IMG/VR virus record: IMGVR_UViG_3300010376_000032
Coordinates: 1 to 64,000 of that record
Reading direction: 5' to 3' (one strand)
DNA length: 64,000 nt
From: a virus
Lineage: Duplodnaviria > Caudoviricetes
The position numbers and the translations under genes are program-made. This document shows positions 51,936 through 59,676 of this stretch, one piece after another. Within the stretch, counting starts at the first letter, position 1; each line of letters begins with the position of its first letter. Under the pieces are notes generated by a model that did not search any database, had not been told where the DNA came from, and was given only the letters and a program-made list of their open reading frames with translations.

Positions 51936-52187
51936 ATGCCAGGAGGTAAGGATCCAGGCCCGTCCATTAAAAAACCCGATAGCTACGAGGCTCTGAAAGA
52001 GAAGGGTTTTTCCAAGAGCAAAGCGGCTGCCATCTCCAACGCCCAGGCCCAGGGCAAGGGCCGTCGCCATGCCATGGGCGTCGAGGGCGCGAAGACGCGT
52101 GAGTCCGGTGACAAACCCATGAGCAAGAGGGGCGAGGCCAAGCCACAGAAGGCGACACGCAGCTATAACAAGAAGGAGAACCGCTGA
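51936..52187 (+). CDS. Small basic protein with a GPSIK..D.YEALK..G.SK.KAA.ISNA signature
   Basis: AGGAGG RBS before ATG 51936; resembles small actinobacterial proteins of unknown function. Confidence 0.68.
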   Translation: MPGGKDPGPSIKKPDSYEALKEKGFSKSKAAAISNAQAQGKGRRHAMGVEGAKTRESGDKPMSKRGEAKPQKATRSYNKKENR

Positions 52188-52309
52188 TGGCCACCAAGAA
52201 GAAGGAGCCGTTCGGAGGTAAGCAGGCCGCGCCGTTCGGCAAGAAGGATGAGGACAAGGACAAGGACGACAAGGCCAAGAAGGCCCCGGCCAAGAAGTCC
52301 AGAAAATAG
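52187..52309 (+). CDS. Lys-rich microprotein (40 aa, missing from the ORF track)
   Basis: Translated by hand: MATKKKEPFGGKQAAPFGKKDEDKDKDDKAKKAPAKKSRK*; TGATG coupling and AAGGAG RBS. Confidence 0.68.
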   Translation: MATKKKEPFGGKQAAPFGKKDEDKDKDDKAKKAPAKKSRK

Positions 52310-52476
52310 TGGCCCGCAAGAAGAACCCGGTCCTCCAGAAATATCAGGTGGAGGTGCGGGGCAATCAGTATTTCGTGGTCAACACGAAGACTCATGTCAC
52401 CGCGGGCGGTCCGTTCAAGACACGGGAGGCTGCCCAGCACCGGGCAGACCAACTGGAGAGGACTTCCCCCGGGTGA
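52309..52476 (+). CDS. Small protein (55 aa, missing from the ORF track)
   Basis: Translated by hand: MARKKNPVLQKYQVEVRGNQYFVVNTKTHVTAGGPFKTREAAQHRADQLERTSPG*; coupled on both sides. Confidence 0.62.
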   Translation: MARKKNPVLQKYQVEVRGNQYFVVNTKTHVTAGGPFKTREAAQHRADQLERTSPG

Positions 52477-53561
52477 CCAATCGCCAGGCCGTCGAGGCCA
52501 TCATCGCGGAGATCAACAAGGAGCTTGGGCCGGAGACGGTGGTCTGGGGCAGCCAGATCCGTTACTCCGATCTGCCTCGCATCTCGACGGGATCCTTCGC
52601 GCTGGACGTGGCCCTGGGGGGCGGCTGGCAGACCAACGCCTTCCACGAGCTTTACGGCGACGAGTCCTCCGGCAAGACCACGGTGATCCTCAAGACCATC
52701 GCCACCCAGCAGGCTCTCAACCCCGAGCACACCACCTTCTGGGTGGCAGCCGAGGAGTTCGTACCGGCGTGGGCGCGTGACCTGGGCTGCGACACCGATC
52801 GCATCATGGTGATGCAAACCAACATCCTGGAGGAGGCGTGCAACGCCGCCATCAGGGTTCTGGAGAGTAGAACCGCCGACGTTCTAGTCATCGACTCCAT
52901 GCCCGCCCTATCACCGATAAGTGAGGGCGAGGGGACCATGGACGACACCCAGGTGGGCTTGGCGGCGCGGCTCATCGGCAAGTTCTTCCGGAAGAGCTAC
53001 ACGGCCATGAAGCGCTCCCTGGTGGAGGACGACAGGGCCGTGACCTGCTTCATCGTCAACCAGTGGCGCGAGAAGATCGGCGTGTTGTTCGGGGATCCCC
53101 GCACCACCCCGGGCGGGCGGGCCAAGAACTACTGGTTCACCAGCCGGGTCGAGTTGAAGCGGGATGAGTGGCTGACCGAGGGGGAGCGCCGCAGCCAGAA
53201 GAAGGTGGGCATAACCATCAAGGCCCTGACCAAGAAGAACAAGAGCTTCCCGCCCGAGCGGGTGGCCGTCTTCGACTTCTACTTCGATCACAACGAGGTG
53301 GGCATCTCACCTGGTGCGTATGACACCGCCAAGGAGTTGATCACTCTGGGCCTGGCCCTCGACATCTTCAGGGTCAAGGGCAGCTACTACCACCTGGGCG
53401 AGGACTCCTGGCACGGGCGTTCGGCCCTGGAAGAACAGTGTCGATGGGACTTGACGATGCAACAGAGGTTGCGAGATGCTGTCCAGTACCAGATAGTCAA
53501 GGGAAAGCCAGCAGAGGAGGCCGGTCCCTCCCCCCGCAAGCTGGTCAGGCAGAAGAAGTGA
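52473..53561 (+). CDS. recA: RecA/UvsX-like recombinase
   Basis: Start reset to GTG 52473; ISTGS..LDVALGGG; ELYGDESSGKT; LVIDS; NQWREKIG..FGDP.TTPGG. Confidence 0.95.
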   Translation: MTNRQAVEAIIAEINKELGPETVVWGSQIRYSDLPRISTGSFALDVALGGGWQTNAFHELYGDESSGKTTVILKTIATQQALNPEHTTFWVAAEEFVPAWARDLGCDTDRIMVMQTNILEEACNAAIRVLESRTADVLVIDSMPALSPISEGEGTMDDTQVGLAARLIGKFFRKSYTAMKRSLVEDDRAVTCFIVNQWREKIGVLFGDPRTTPGGRAKNYWFTSRVELKRDEWLTEGERRSQKKVGITIKALTKKNKSFPPERVAVFDFYFDHNEVGISPGAYDTAKELITLGLALDIFRVKGSYYHLGEDSWHGRSALEEQCRWDLTMQQRLRDAVQYQIVKGKPAEEAGPSPRKLVRQKK

Positions 53562-54163
53562 GTGTCCGTCAGCGGCTCCTGTTGTCGAAGCAGCAGGAGT
53601 CAGAGGGGATGAAGCGCTTTGGCGGTGTCCGGAACCCGCGTTCTGGTGCGCGTTGGGACCGCCGTAACGACGGTCGCACCGACACAGAACTCATCGAGTT
53701 CAAGCGCACAGATAACGCTCGCGGCATCCGCCTCCTCGCTGACGACCTCGACGCTCTCTACCAACACGCCGTGGCAGAGTGCCGCCTCCCTGTTCTCGGC
53801 TTTGAGCTATGTGGAAAACACTGGGTCGTACTCCCTGAACCCGACTATCACGAACTGGCTGCTCTACGACGAGCACCAGGTACTGGCGGCGATCTACGAG
53901 CGGATGAACATCGGGGAATGGAGCCATCGGGCCAAGTGTCACGGCCTGCCAGGAAACCTGTTCTACGCCGAGTACCAGCACAACAACAGCCAGGTCCAAG
54001 AGGCCCGAAGCGTGTGCCTGGGAACCCATCCGGACCACCCCGGTGTGTGCCCGGTGATCCAAGAGTGTCTCGACTACGCGATCAACAACGGGGAGAGGTA
54101 CGGCGTCTGGGGCGGGTGTTCCGAAAGGGAGCGCCGCCGGATCAAGCGCCAGCGGCACCGTGA
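53558..54163 (+). CDS. PD-(D/E)XK Holliday-junction-resolvase-like nuclease
   Basis: S..QE....K.FGG...P.SGA.W..R.D......LIE.KRT; the last ~100 codons overlap whiB out of frame. Confidence 0.72.
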   Translation: MSVRQRLLLSKQQESEGMKRFGGVRNPRSGARWDRRNDGRTDTELIEFKRTDNARGIRLLADDLDALYQHAVAECRLPVLGFELCGKHWVVLPEPDYHELAALRRAPGTGGDLRADEHRGMEPSGQVSRPARKPVLRRVPAQQQPGPRGPKRVPGNPSGPPRCVPGDPRVSRLRDQQRGEVRRLGRVFRKGAPPDQAPAAP

Positions 54164-54344
54164 GGAAGCTCTCGCGAACGGGAACGTCATCCCGCTCGAC
54201 ACACCGCCCGGTGATCGACAAGAACCTGCGGGCGTTGTTAGAAACGACCAAGCGGGACACCCGACTCCTTGGCGACGTTCAAAGGCTCTTATTGCAGCCT
54301 GGCGAGCACAACGGGCCGAGGAACGATGCGCTGCATCCTTCTGA
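53904..54344 (+). CDS. whiB: WhiB-family regulator (second copy)
   Basis: W..RAKC...LFY; C-x25-C-x10-C-x5-C; RYGVWGG.SERERRR; start set to ATG 53904. Confidence 0.88.
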   Translation: MNIGEWSHRAKCHGLPGNLFYAEYQHNNSQVQEARSVCLGTHPDHPGVCPVIQECLDYAINNGERYGVWGGCSERERRRIKRQRHREEALANGNVIPLDTPPGDRQEPAGVVRNDQAGHPTPWRRSKALIAAWRAQRAEERCAASF

Positions 54345-55203
54345 GATCTCCCACTCCGACTGGTGCCCCCGGGCCAGCTACTACCGCCTGGCGGGGGTAG
54401 TACCCCATACCGATCCGCCTGCCACGTACTGGCAGATGCAGATGGTCTTCGATGAGGGCAAGGAGATCCACCACAAGTGGCAAAAAAGGATGTGGGATCT
54501 AGGCCGGTTGTGGGGCACGTTTTATTGCCAGGATTGTCACTACGCCTGGGGCGCCACCGCCCCCCAGAATTGCGAGAAGTGCGGAGCCAGGCGGGAGTTC
54601 TTGCGCTACCACGAGATCCCACTGGCCAACCGGAACCTCAACATGGCCGGTCACGCCGATGGGGGGTTGGAGCAGAGCCTGGTGGAGATCAAGTCCATTG
54701 GCCTGGGCACCCTTCGGTTTGAGGCCCCAGGGCTGATCAAGGACCACACCTACCGCTTCAACATCAACGGGAAATCTAGAGAATTTCTAGATTACGACGG
54801 GCTGTGGGACGCCATTCGCAGGCCGTTCCCCTCCCACGTTCGACAGGGCGATTTCTACTGCTACCTGAGCCGCCGCTACGTCGAGGTGATCTTCATCTAC
54901 GAGTGCAAGTGGAACCAGAGAGTCAAAGAGATGATTGTTCCGCACCGGGTGGAGCGCATCCAAGACCGGCTAGACATGTGCAGCAGGATCACCAAGGCGC
55001 TCCAGGGCGGACGAATCCCGGTATGCCCCTTCGATGGCTGCGCCGACTGTCAACGCTACGAGGAGAAGCATGCAGACAGAGGCCCCGTCCTCACCAGGCG
55101 AGCGGCGTCTGAAGCGCAGGCCCCCACTCGACCTGCACGAGACGCTGCTGAAAATGGTCAACGGCAGTCGCCGCGCCGTTTATCAAGATCTGGGGATCGA
55201 TGA
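54211..55203 (+). CDS. Cas4-like/RecB-family exonuclease
   Basis: LHPSEI...WCPRASYY; F.EG..IH..WQ; GHADG; LVEIKS; H.RQG..Y; C-terminal C..C..C; start GTG 54211 or 54160. Confidence 0.82.
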   Translation: MIDKNLRALLETTKRDTRLLGDVQRLLLQPGEHNGPRNDALHPSEISHSDWCPRASYYRLAGVVPHTDPPATYWQMQMVFDEGKEIHHKWQKRMWDLGRLWGTFYCQDCHYAWGATAPQNCEKCGARREFLRYHEIPLANRNLNMAGHADGGLEQSLVEIKSIGLGTLRFEAPGLIKDHTYRFNINGKSREFLDYDGLWDAIRRPFPSHVRQGDFYCYLSRRYVEVIFIYECKWNQRVKEMIVPHRVERIQDRLDMCSRITKALQGGRIPVCPFDGCADCQRYEEKHADRGPVLTRRAASEAQAPTRPARDAAENGQRQSPRRLSRSGDR

Positions 55204-55633
55204 GCCAACCAGCCCCGACTTTCAACCGCCCAAGCTGGAGCCGGACATCGATGACCTCACCGATAAACAACTCATGGATCAGTTCGTCAAGTTCACCCGG
55301 TGGACCGATTATTTCCAGAACCAACTCGCCATCGAGGAGATCTACGAGCGCTACGCCGATGCGGAGGTGCGCCGCCTGGAGGGTCTGTACATGGCAGCCA
55401 ACAAACCCGATCGGGTCACCGAGGCGGTCACCTGGGTGCGGGCGCAGATGGAGTCGGACCGGACCATCCAGGAGGCCCGCGACGCCCATCGGATCATCTA
55501 CGCCCGCCGGAAGCTGAAGCAGATGCTGTTTGAGAGCGCCGAACGCGACGCCGCCGTGGTGAGCCGCGAACTGACCCGGCGCACTGACGCCAAGTCACCC
55601 GGGTACCGGCGTGCGGACCGAGGCGCCCCATGA
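55070..55633 (+). CDS. Coiled-coil protein, possible recombination mediator (UvsY-like)
   Basis: AGGAG RBS before ATG 55070; helical, ends ...SRELTRR. Confidence 0.58.
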   Translation: MQTEAPSSPGERRLKRRPPLDLHETLLKMVNGSRRAVYQDLGIDEPTSPDFQPPKLEPDIDDLTDKQLMDQFVKFTRWTDYFQNQLAIEEIYERYADAEVRRLEGLYMAANKPDRVTEAVTWVRAQMESDRTIQEARDAHRIIYARRKLKQMLFESAERDAAVVSRELTRRTDAKSPGYRRADRGAP

Positions 55634-55788
55634 GTGCCCGCACCTGGGTGGTGGAGGGCAAGGTGCTGGGCCGATTTTCCTATGAGTGTGAGTACTGCGG
55701 GTACTGCGGGGGCAACTACGCCAACCGGGAAGAGGCTGAGGTCTACGCCGAGATCCACGGCAGCATGCAGGTACCGGAGCACCGATGA
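55630..55788 (+). CDS. Small CxxC/His protein (52 aa, missing from the ORF track)
   Basis: Translated by hand: MSARTWVVEGKVLGRFSYECEYCGYCGGNYANREEAEVYAEIHGSMQVPEHR*; ATGA coupling on both sides. Confidence 0.62.
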   Translation: MSARTWVVEGKVLGRFSYECEYCGYCGGNYANREEAEVYAEIHGSMQVPEHR

Positions 55789-56099
55789 CTGACCTGGTCA
55801 ACCACCCACCTCACTATGGCAGCCATCCCTCCGGTGTCGAGTGCATCGTCATCACCGAGCACTACAACTTCAATGTCGGCAACGCCATCAAGTACCTGTG
55901 GCGAGCGGGCCTCAAGGATGGGGTCGACCCGATCGAAGACCTGAGGAAGGCAGCGTGGTACGTCAACCGAGAGATCGAGCGACTGATGTTGCGGCCCATC
56001 TCTTCCGAACCACTGACACCTACCGCTGCGGAGTCTGCGGCGAGTACTGGGAACACCACAACCACCTGGAAGAACACAAACGAGTATCGACGTTCATGA
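55785..56099 (+). CDS. DUF3310 (T7 gp1.7/SaV-like) protein
   Basis: VNHP.HY..HPSGVECI.I....FN.GNAIKYLWRAG.K....EDL.KA.WY..REI. Confidence 0.88.
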   Translation: MTDLVNHPPHYGSHPSGVECIVITEHYNFNVGNAIKYLWRAGLKDGVDPIEDLRKAAWYVNREIERLMLRPISSEPLTPTAAESAASTGNTTTTWKNTNEYRRS

Positions 56100-56689
56100 C
56101 CGACATCTACATAGGCATCGACCCTGGCTCCAAGAACTGCGCCCTGGTGGCCTGGTCACCAACCCGAGGGCTGATCACCACCTGGAAGCCCAAGCCCCCC
56201 ATGCCGACAGGTGTGCTGCGCCTCCGCAAGCTGATGGTGGAGATTGACCGGGAACTGAAGAAGCTAGAGGTTCACGACGGCGTCATCAAGCAGGTGGCCA
56301 TGGAGTCGTACTCCATGGCCGAGAAGTACGGCCAGCACGCCTCCGGTGAGATCGGCGCCGCCATCAAGCTCACCGTCCTGGCCCATTTCGCCAGCGATGA
56401 CCGGCGGGCCTTCCCGGTACTGGTAGCCCCCCAGCAGTTAAAAAAGTTCGCCACCGGCAATGGAAACACGAAAAAAGAACTGCTACCGAAGGAAATATTA
56501 AAGCGCTGGGATGTAGACTTCAACGACATGAATATTGCTGAAGCGTACGTGCTGGCTCGTCTGGCATATGCTGTGGAGGCCAGACCCGAGGGCTTGACCC
56601 AGTTCCAGTGGGATGTGGTCACTGCCGTGGACGGGCGCACGGAATGGGTGGCCCTCCCGCAACGCCGACTGGTGCGGGTGGGCAGGTAG
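56096..56689 (+). CDS. ruvC: RuvC-like Holliday junction resolvase
   Basis: YIGIDPG; VAMESY; E.GA.IK; V.P.QLKKFATG.GN..K; D.N.AEAY.LA; may have an N-terminal extension. Confidence 0.88.
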   Translation: MTDIYIGIDPGSKNCALVAWSPTRGLITTWKPKPPMPTGVLRLRKLMVEIDRELKKLEVHDGVIKQVAMESYSMAEKYGQHASGEIGAAIKLTVLAHFASDDRRAFPVLVAPQQLKKFATGNGNTKKELLPKEILKRWDVDFNDMNIAEAYVLARLAYAVEARPEGLTQFQWDVVTAVDGRTEWVALPQRRLVRVGR

Positions 56690-56697
56690 CCCCGCCG

Positions 56698-56709
56698 TAG
56701 GCTTTGGGC
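56698..56709 (+). promoter_or_regulatory. Leaderless promoter candidate (TAGGCT-N6-ATG)
   Basis: TAnnnT at 56698-56703, 6 nt before ATG 56710. Confidence 0.55.
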
Positions 56710-57225
56710 ATGGCAGATCAGCGCAGAGTAGGACACGCGATTCGTCGCCGCATGGGTGCTTCCTCCAGCCATCTTGGTCAGGCTGGCGGTCCAGGCGGTT
56801 CCTGGAGTCCTCCGTTTGCAGCCTCTCCAGGAGGCGAAGCTGCTCTCTCCCAGGCCGAAGCCACAGCCCGGGGGAATGTTCAGGTTCCGATAGCAGGAGG
56901 TCGGTCTATGGGTACTAGTCATATCAAGGGTGTGCCGGATGAGTATCCGACCGGCACCGACACGGTTGGTCGAGGCGCCAAGCCGCCCCTGGGCGACAAT
57001 GCCGCCTTCGCCAGCGGTGTGAGCGCCGGGGTCCAGGCAGAGCCACATCCGCCTCGCACCCGTGGCGGGCCGGAGTTGGCCAACGCCAGGCTCACGGTGT
57101 CGCCGTCGATGAAGGTGCCGCAGGAGTCACCGGTCCCGACGCAGGCCCAGGGCCGCATCGTGCCCTCGACGCCGAGCCGTCAGGGATCGTTCGGTGTCGG
57201 CCAGCAAGAAGCGGGGATGGGATGA
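56710..57225 (+). CDS. Low-complexity G/P/A-rich hypothetical protein
   Basis: First gene of a probable late operon. Confidence 0.6.
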   Translation: MADQRRVGHAIRRRMGASSSHLGQAGGPGGSWSPPFAASPGGEAALSQAEATARGNVQVPIAGGRSMGTSHIKGVPDEYPTGTDTVGRGAKPPLGDNAAFASGVSAGVQAEPHPPRTRGGPELANARLTVSPSMKVPQESPVPTQAQGRIVPSTPSRQGSFGVGQQEAGMG

Positions 57226-57464
57226 GCGACCGAGGCGTCTTCCAGGGACCAGCGCCGCAGAACATCGGACCCGGCAGCTACGAGTACGCCCAGCATGTCA
57301 ACAAGGAACCGCACGGGCCGACGTACGACATGGTTGTGAGTGAAAAAGCCGCTGAGACTAAAGACCCTCAGAACCCGCATTTTCTGGGACAGCTTCTTCC
57401 GGTGGCACATTCTCGCTCCGATGAGGTGCGTAGTTTTTTTGACGCTACGTCCATAACAGGGTAA
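57222..57464 (+). CDS. Hypothetical protein
   Basis: 80 aa, ATGA coupling. Confidence 0.5.
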   Translation: MSDRGVFQGPAPQNIGPGSYEYAQHVNKEPHGPTYDMVVSEKAAETKDPQNPHFLGQLLPVAHSRSDEVRSFFDATSITG

Positions 57465-57468
57465 ACCC

Positions 57469-57972
57469 ATGCCCAGGGGCGTCTTCACCCCGTGGCAATA
57501 TCTGCCGCCATACAACTTCGGCGCGCCCGGCAATGCCAACACCGTTGGCGGCGGGGGCGGCATGGGGCCGTACTTCCGCGATGCCCTCGATGCTCGCCGG
57601 TCGATGTACAACCAGACGCCCGAGGCCATGTACCCCGACGGGTATCTGGGCACGATCAACACCAGGCGCCAGGACCGCCTCCTTGACAGCCTGAAGAACC
57701 GGGCCAACCAGCGGTCCTACACGCGCGGCGTCCACAAGGGTGAGCGGATCGATCCGGCTGACTACTTCTTCCCCCCTGAGCTACAACCCACCGCTGGCTT
57801 GACTCGCCAGATGCAGGCCGTGCCGGTGGACACCATGTTCCTGAACGAGCGCTACGCCCCCAAGCAGGAACTCGTGCCGCAGTTCAGTCCGCGCCAGCAG
57901 TCCATGTGGGGGGCCGATCCCGGCATCGGACGTACGACCCAGCTTAAGAAGCTGGCCCCACCCTGGAGGTAA
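57469..57972 (+). CDS. Conserved-looking phage protein, probably virion-associated
   Basis: D.LDARR......PEA.YPDGYLGTI.TRR.DRLLDSLK.R.NQRSY.RGVHKGERIDP.DY. Confidence 0.7.
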   Translation: MPRGVFTPWQYLPPYNFGAPGNANTVGGGGGMGPYFRDALDARRSMYNQTPEAMYPDGYLGTINTRRQDRLLDSLKNRANQRSYTRGVHKGERIDPADYFFPPELQPTAGLTRQMQAVPVDTMFLNERYAPKQELVPQFSPRQQSMWGADPGIGRTTQLKKLAPPWR

Positions 57973-57974
57973 TT

Positions 57975-58679
57975 GTGGCCGAGAGCTTCGGACGACGACT
58001 GCTGCGTAAGGCACTACCCGGTCTGGGGGAAGAACAGACGACGTTCGCCACCCGCCCGATAGCCGGACCCACCTCAGGTCAGGGAGTGGGCGGATTTCTC
58101 CGGAACTTGGGTACCCAGTTCAACAACCCAGAGGTGAACCGGCAGGTACAGGGGCACGCCTACAACCTGGAGTACGCCCGTCATTTTCGCGACGCCGGAC
58201 TGGGTTCCGCCATCCACTACACGATCACGGGCGAAGTTCCCCACGGCCTGCGGCACACGGCGCGGCAGCGCCAACAAGTGAACCGGCAGGTACGAGGCGT
58301 CAATCCCGGCCACGTCGAGGCCACACCGTGGGAACCCAGTGCAGAGGACTGGCGGCGGTCAGCGGGCGGGGGACGGCCCCCGACAGCCGACGAATGGAAC
58401 CGGCAGCGTCGGGCACAGGCCAGAAATCAGCGTATGAAGAACGCCTGGGGCGCACCGGCTCCCTCTGAGGAGCAGATGGAAGAAGACGACTGGGCCGAAG
58501 GTCATCAGGCCGAGTCGCGGCGTCAGAATCGAGCCGCCTACAAACGCAACATGGGCACCCCGCAGAGGCGCCCTCCGGATTTCTCCGAAACCGGAGGTAC
58601 GTCCGACCTCAAGGAGCACATCGAATCGATGAAGAGGTCAGGGCAGGACCGTAGCGATCTGCGTAGGTGGACGCCATGA
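57975..58679 (+). CDS. Charged low-complexity hypothetical protein
   Basis: 234 aa, GGAGGT RBS; R/Q/E-rich. Confidence 0.6.
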   Translation: MAESFGRRLLRKALPGLGEEQTTFATRPIAGPTSGQGVGGFLRNLGTQFNNPEVNRQVQGHAYNLEYARHFRDAGLGSAIHYTITGEVPHGLRHTARQRQQVNRQVRGVNPGHVEATPWEPSAEDWRRSAGGGRPPTADEWNRQRRAQARNQRMKNAWGAPAPSEEQMEEDDWAEGHQAESRRQNRAAYKRNMGTPQRRPPDFSETGGTSDLKEHIESMKRSGQDRSDLRRWTP

Positions 58680-59524
58680 GCTTTGTCTTTGACGAGTTCT
58701 TCCCCTTCGATCCCGGCCATGGCGCCAGCGCCAACTCCGCTCGCTGGCGGAAGATGGCCCAGCTATGGGCATCGGACGGTGTGCTGAACAACTACCTGAA
58801 CGAGATGAACGCTACGCAGGCCGGTACCCAGGTCACGGTGCAGACCGGCGCCGTGTTCATCCACGGCTACTACGCCGAGCTTGCCACTCAGCAGACCTTC
58901 ACCGTGGGGACGAACGGCACCATCGTGGCTCAGGTCAATATGGCCATCAACAGCGAGGTCATCAACCTGGTCTATCGCGACGGCGTGATCGACTACGGCA
59001 GCAACCCGGCCAACAGCTACGAGCAAGACGCCAACATCTGGGAGATCCCCATCTGGCTGATCAGCGCCGGGAGCCTGGTCGACCTCCGCACCAAGATCAA
59101 CCCAGCCACCGGGTTGCGGTGGTGGGCGCAGTCCGCCGCCGCGGTATCGATCCCGACCTCTACCACCAGTAACTTCATTTTCGGTACAGCCCGCATCCCC
59201 TACAAGGCCACCGGCTTTCTGCATGGCACTCTGCTGCTGCAGTTCTCGGATCTGAGCATCGCCCAGACGGCCCCTTGCACCATGGTGTACCAGAACGGAG
59301 CCGGGGATCAGCAACTCAGTCCCACGGTCACACCGTCGATCTCGGGGGGCGGACCAGCCGGTCAGAACATTTGGATGCCGGTTGCTCTGACTGGCTCTAT
59401 ACCGGTCACACAAGGAAAGAAGACCTTCGGATGGAGAGTGACATGCGGGAGCGGGACAGCGGGGATCCAGGTGGCGTCGATGACGCTGAGCCTGTGGACG
59501 GGGGGAGTAACCGCGGCGGCGTAA
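58676..59524 (+). CDS. Minor tail/fibre protein (paralog A)
   Basis: FFPFD.G.G......W..MA..W..DGV; V.TGA..I.G.Y; WEIP...I. Confidence 0.7.
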   Translation: MSFVFDEFFPFDPGHGASANSARWRKMAQLWASDGVLNNYLNEMNATQAGTQVTVQTGAVFIHGYYAELATQQTFTVGTNGTIVAQVNMAINSEVINLVYRDGVIDYGSNPANSYEQDANIWEIPIWLISAGSLVDLRTKINPATGLRWWAQSAAAVSIPTSTTSNFIFGTARIPYKATGFLHGTLLLQFSDLSIAQTAPCTMVYQNGAGDQQLSPTVTPSISGGGPAGQNIWMPVALTGSIPVTQGKKTFGWRVTCGSGTAGIQVASMTLSLWTGGVTAAA

Positions 59525-59676
59525 TCACTTATGTCCTCGATGAGGATGGCACCCTGATCAACGAAGAGACGGGCGAACCGGTGCCCGTCCAGGAAGACCT
59601 GGTTCCCACCGAGACGCTGCCCGATTGGCTGTGGAAGCAGCACCTGTCCCAACCACCGCAGGAGCCTGAAGAATGA
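59431..59676 (+). CDS. Small acidic hypothetical protein
   Basis: Probable start ATG 59431 (uncertain); overlaps the upstream gene; stop coupled to the next ATG. Confidence 0.4.
   Translation: MESDMRERDSGDPGGVDDAEPVDGGSNRGGVITYVLDEDGTLINEETGEPVPVQEDLVPTETLPDWLWKQHLSQPPQEPEE

Noticed and set aside
54211-55203. CRISPR-Cas system suggested by the Cas4-like nuclease
   Set aside because: No repeat-spacer array or other cas genes; it sits in a RecA/resolvase module, as solo phage Cas4-like exonucleases do
55785-56099. DNA base-modification (hypermodification or Z-genome) pathway
   Set aside because: No PurZ, thymidylate-synthase-like, methyltransferase or glycosyltransferase genes recognised; DUF3310 alone is insufficient
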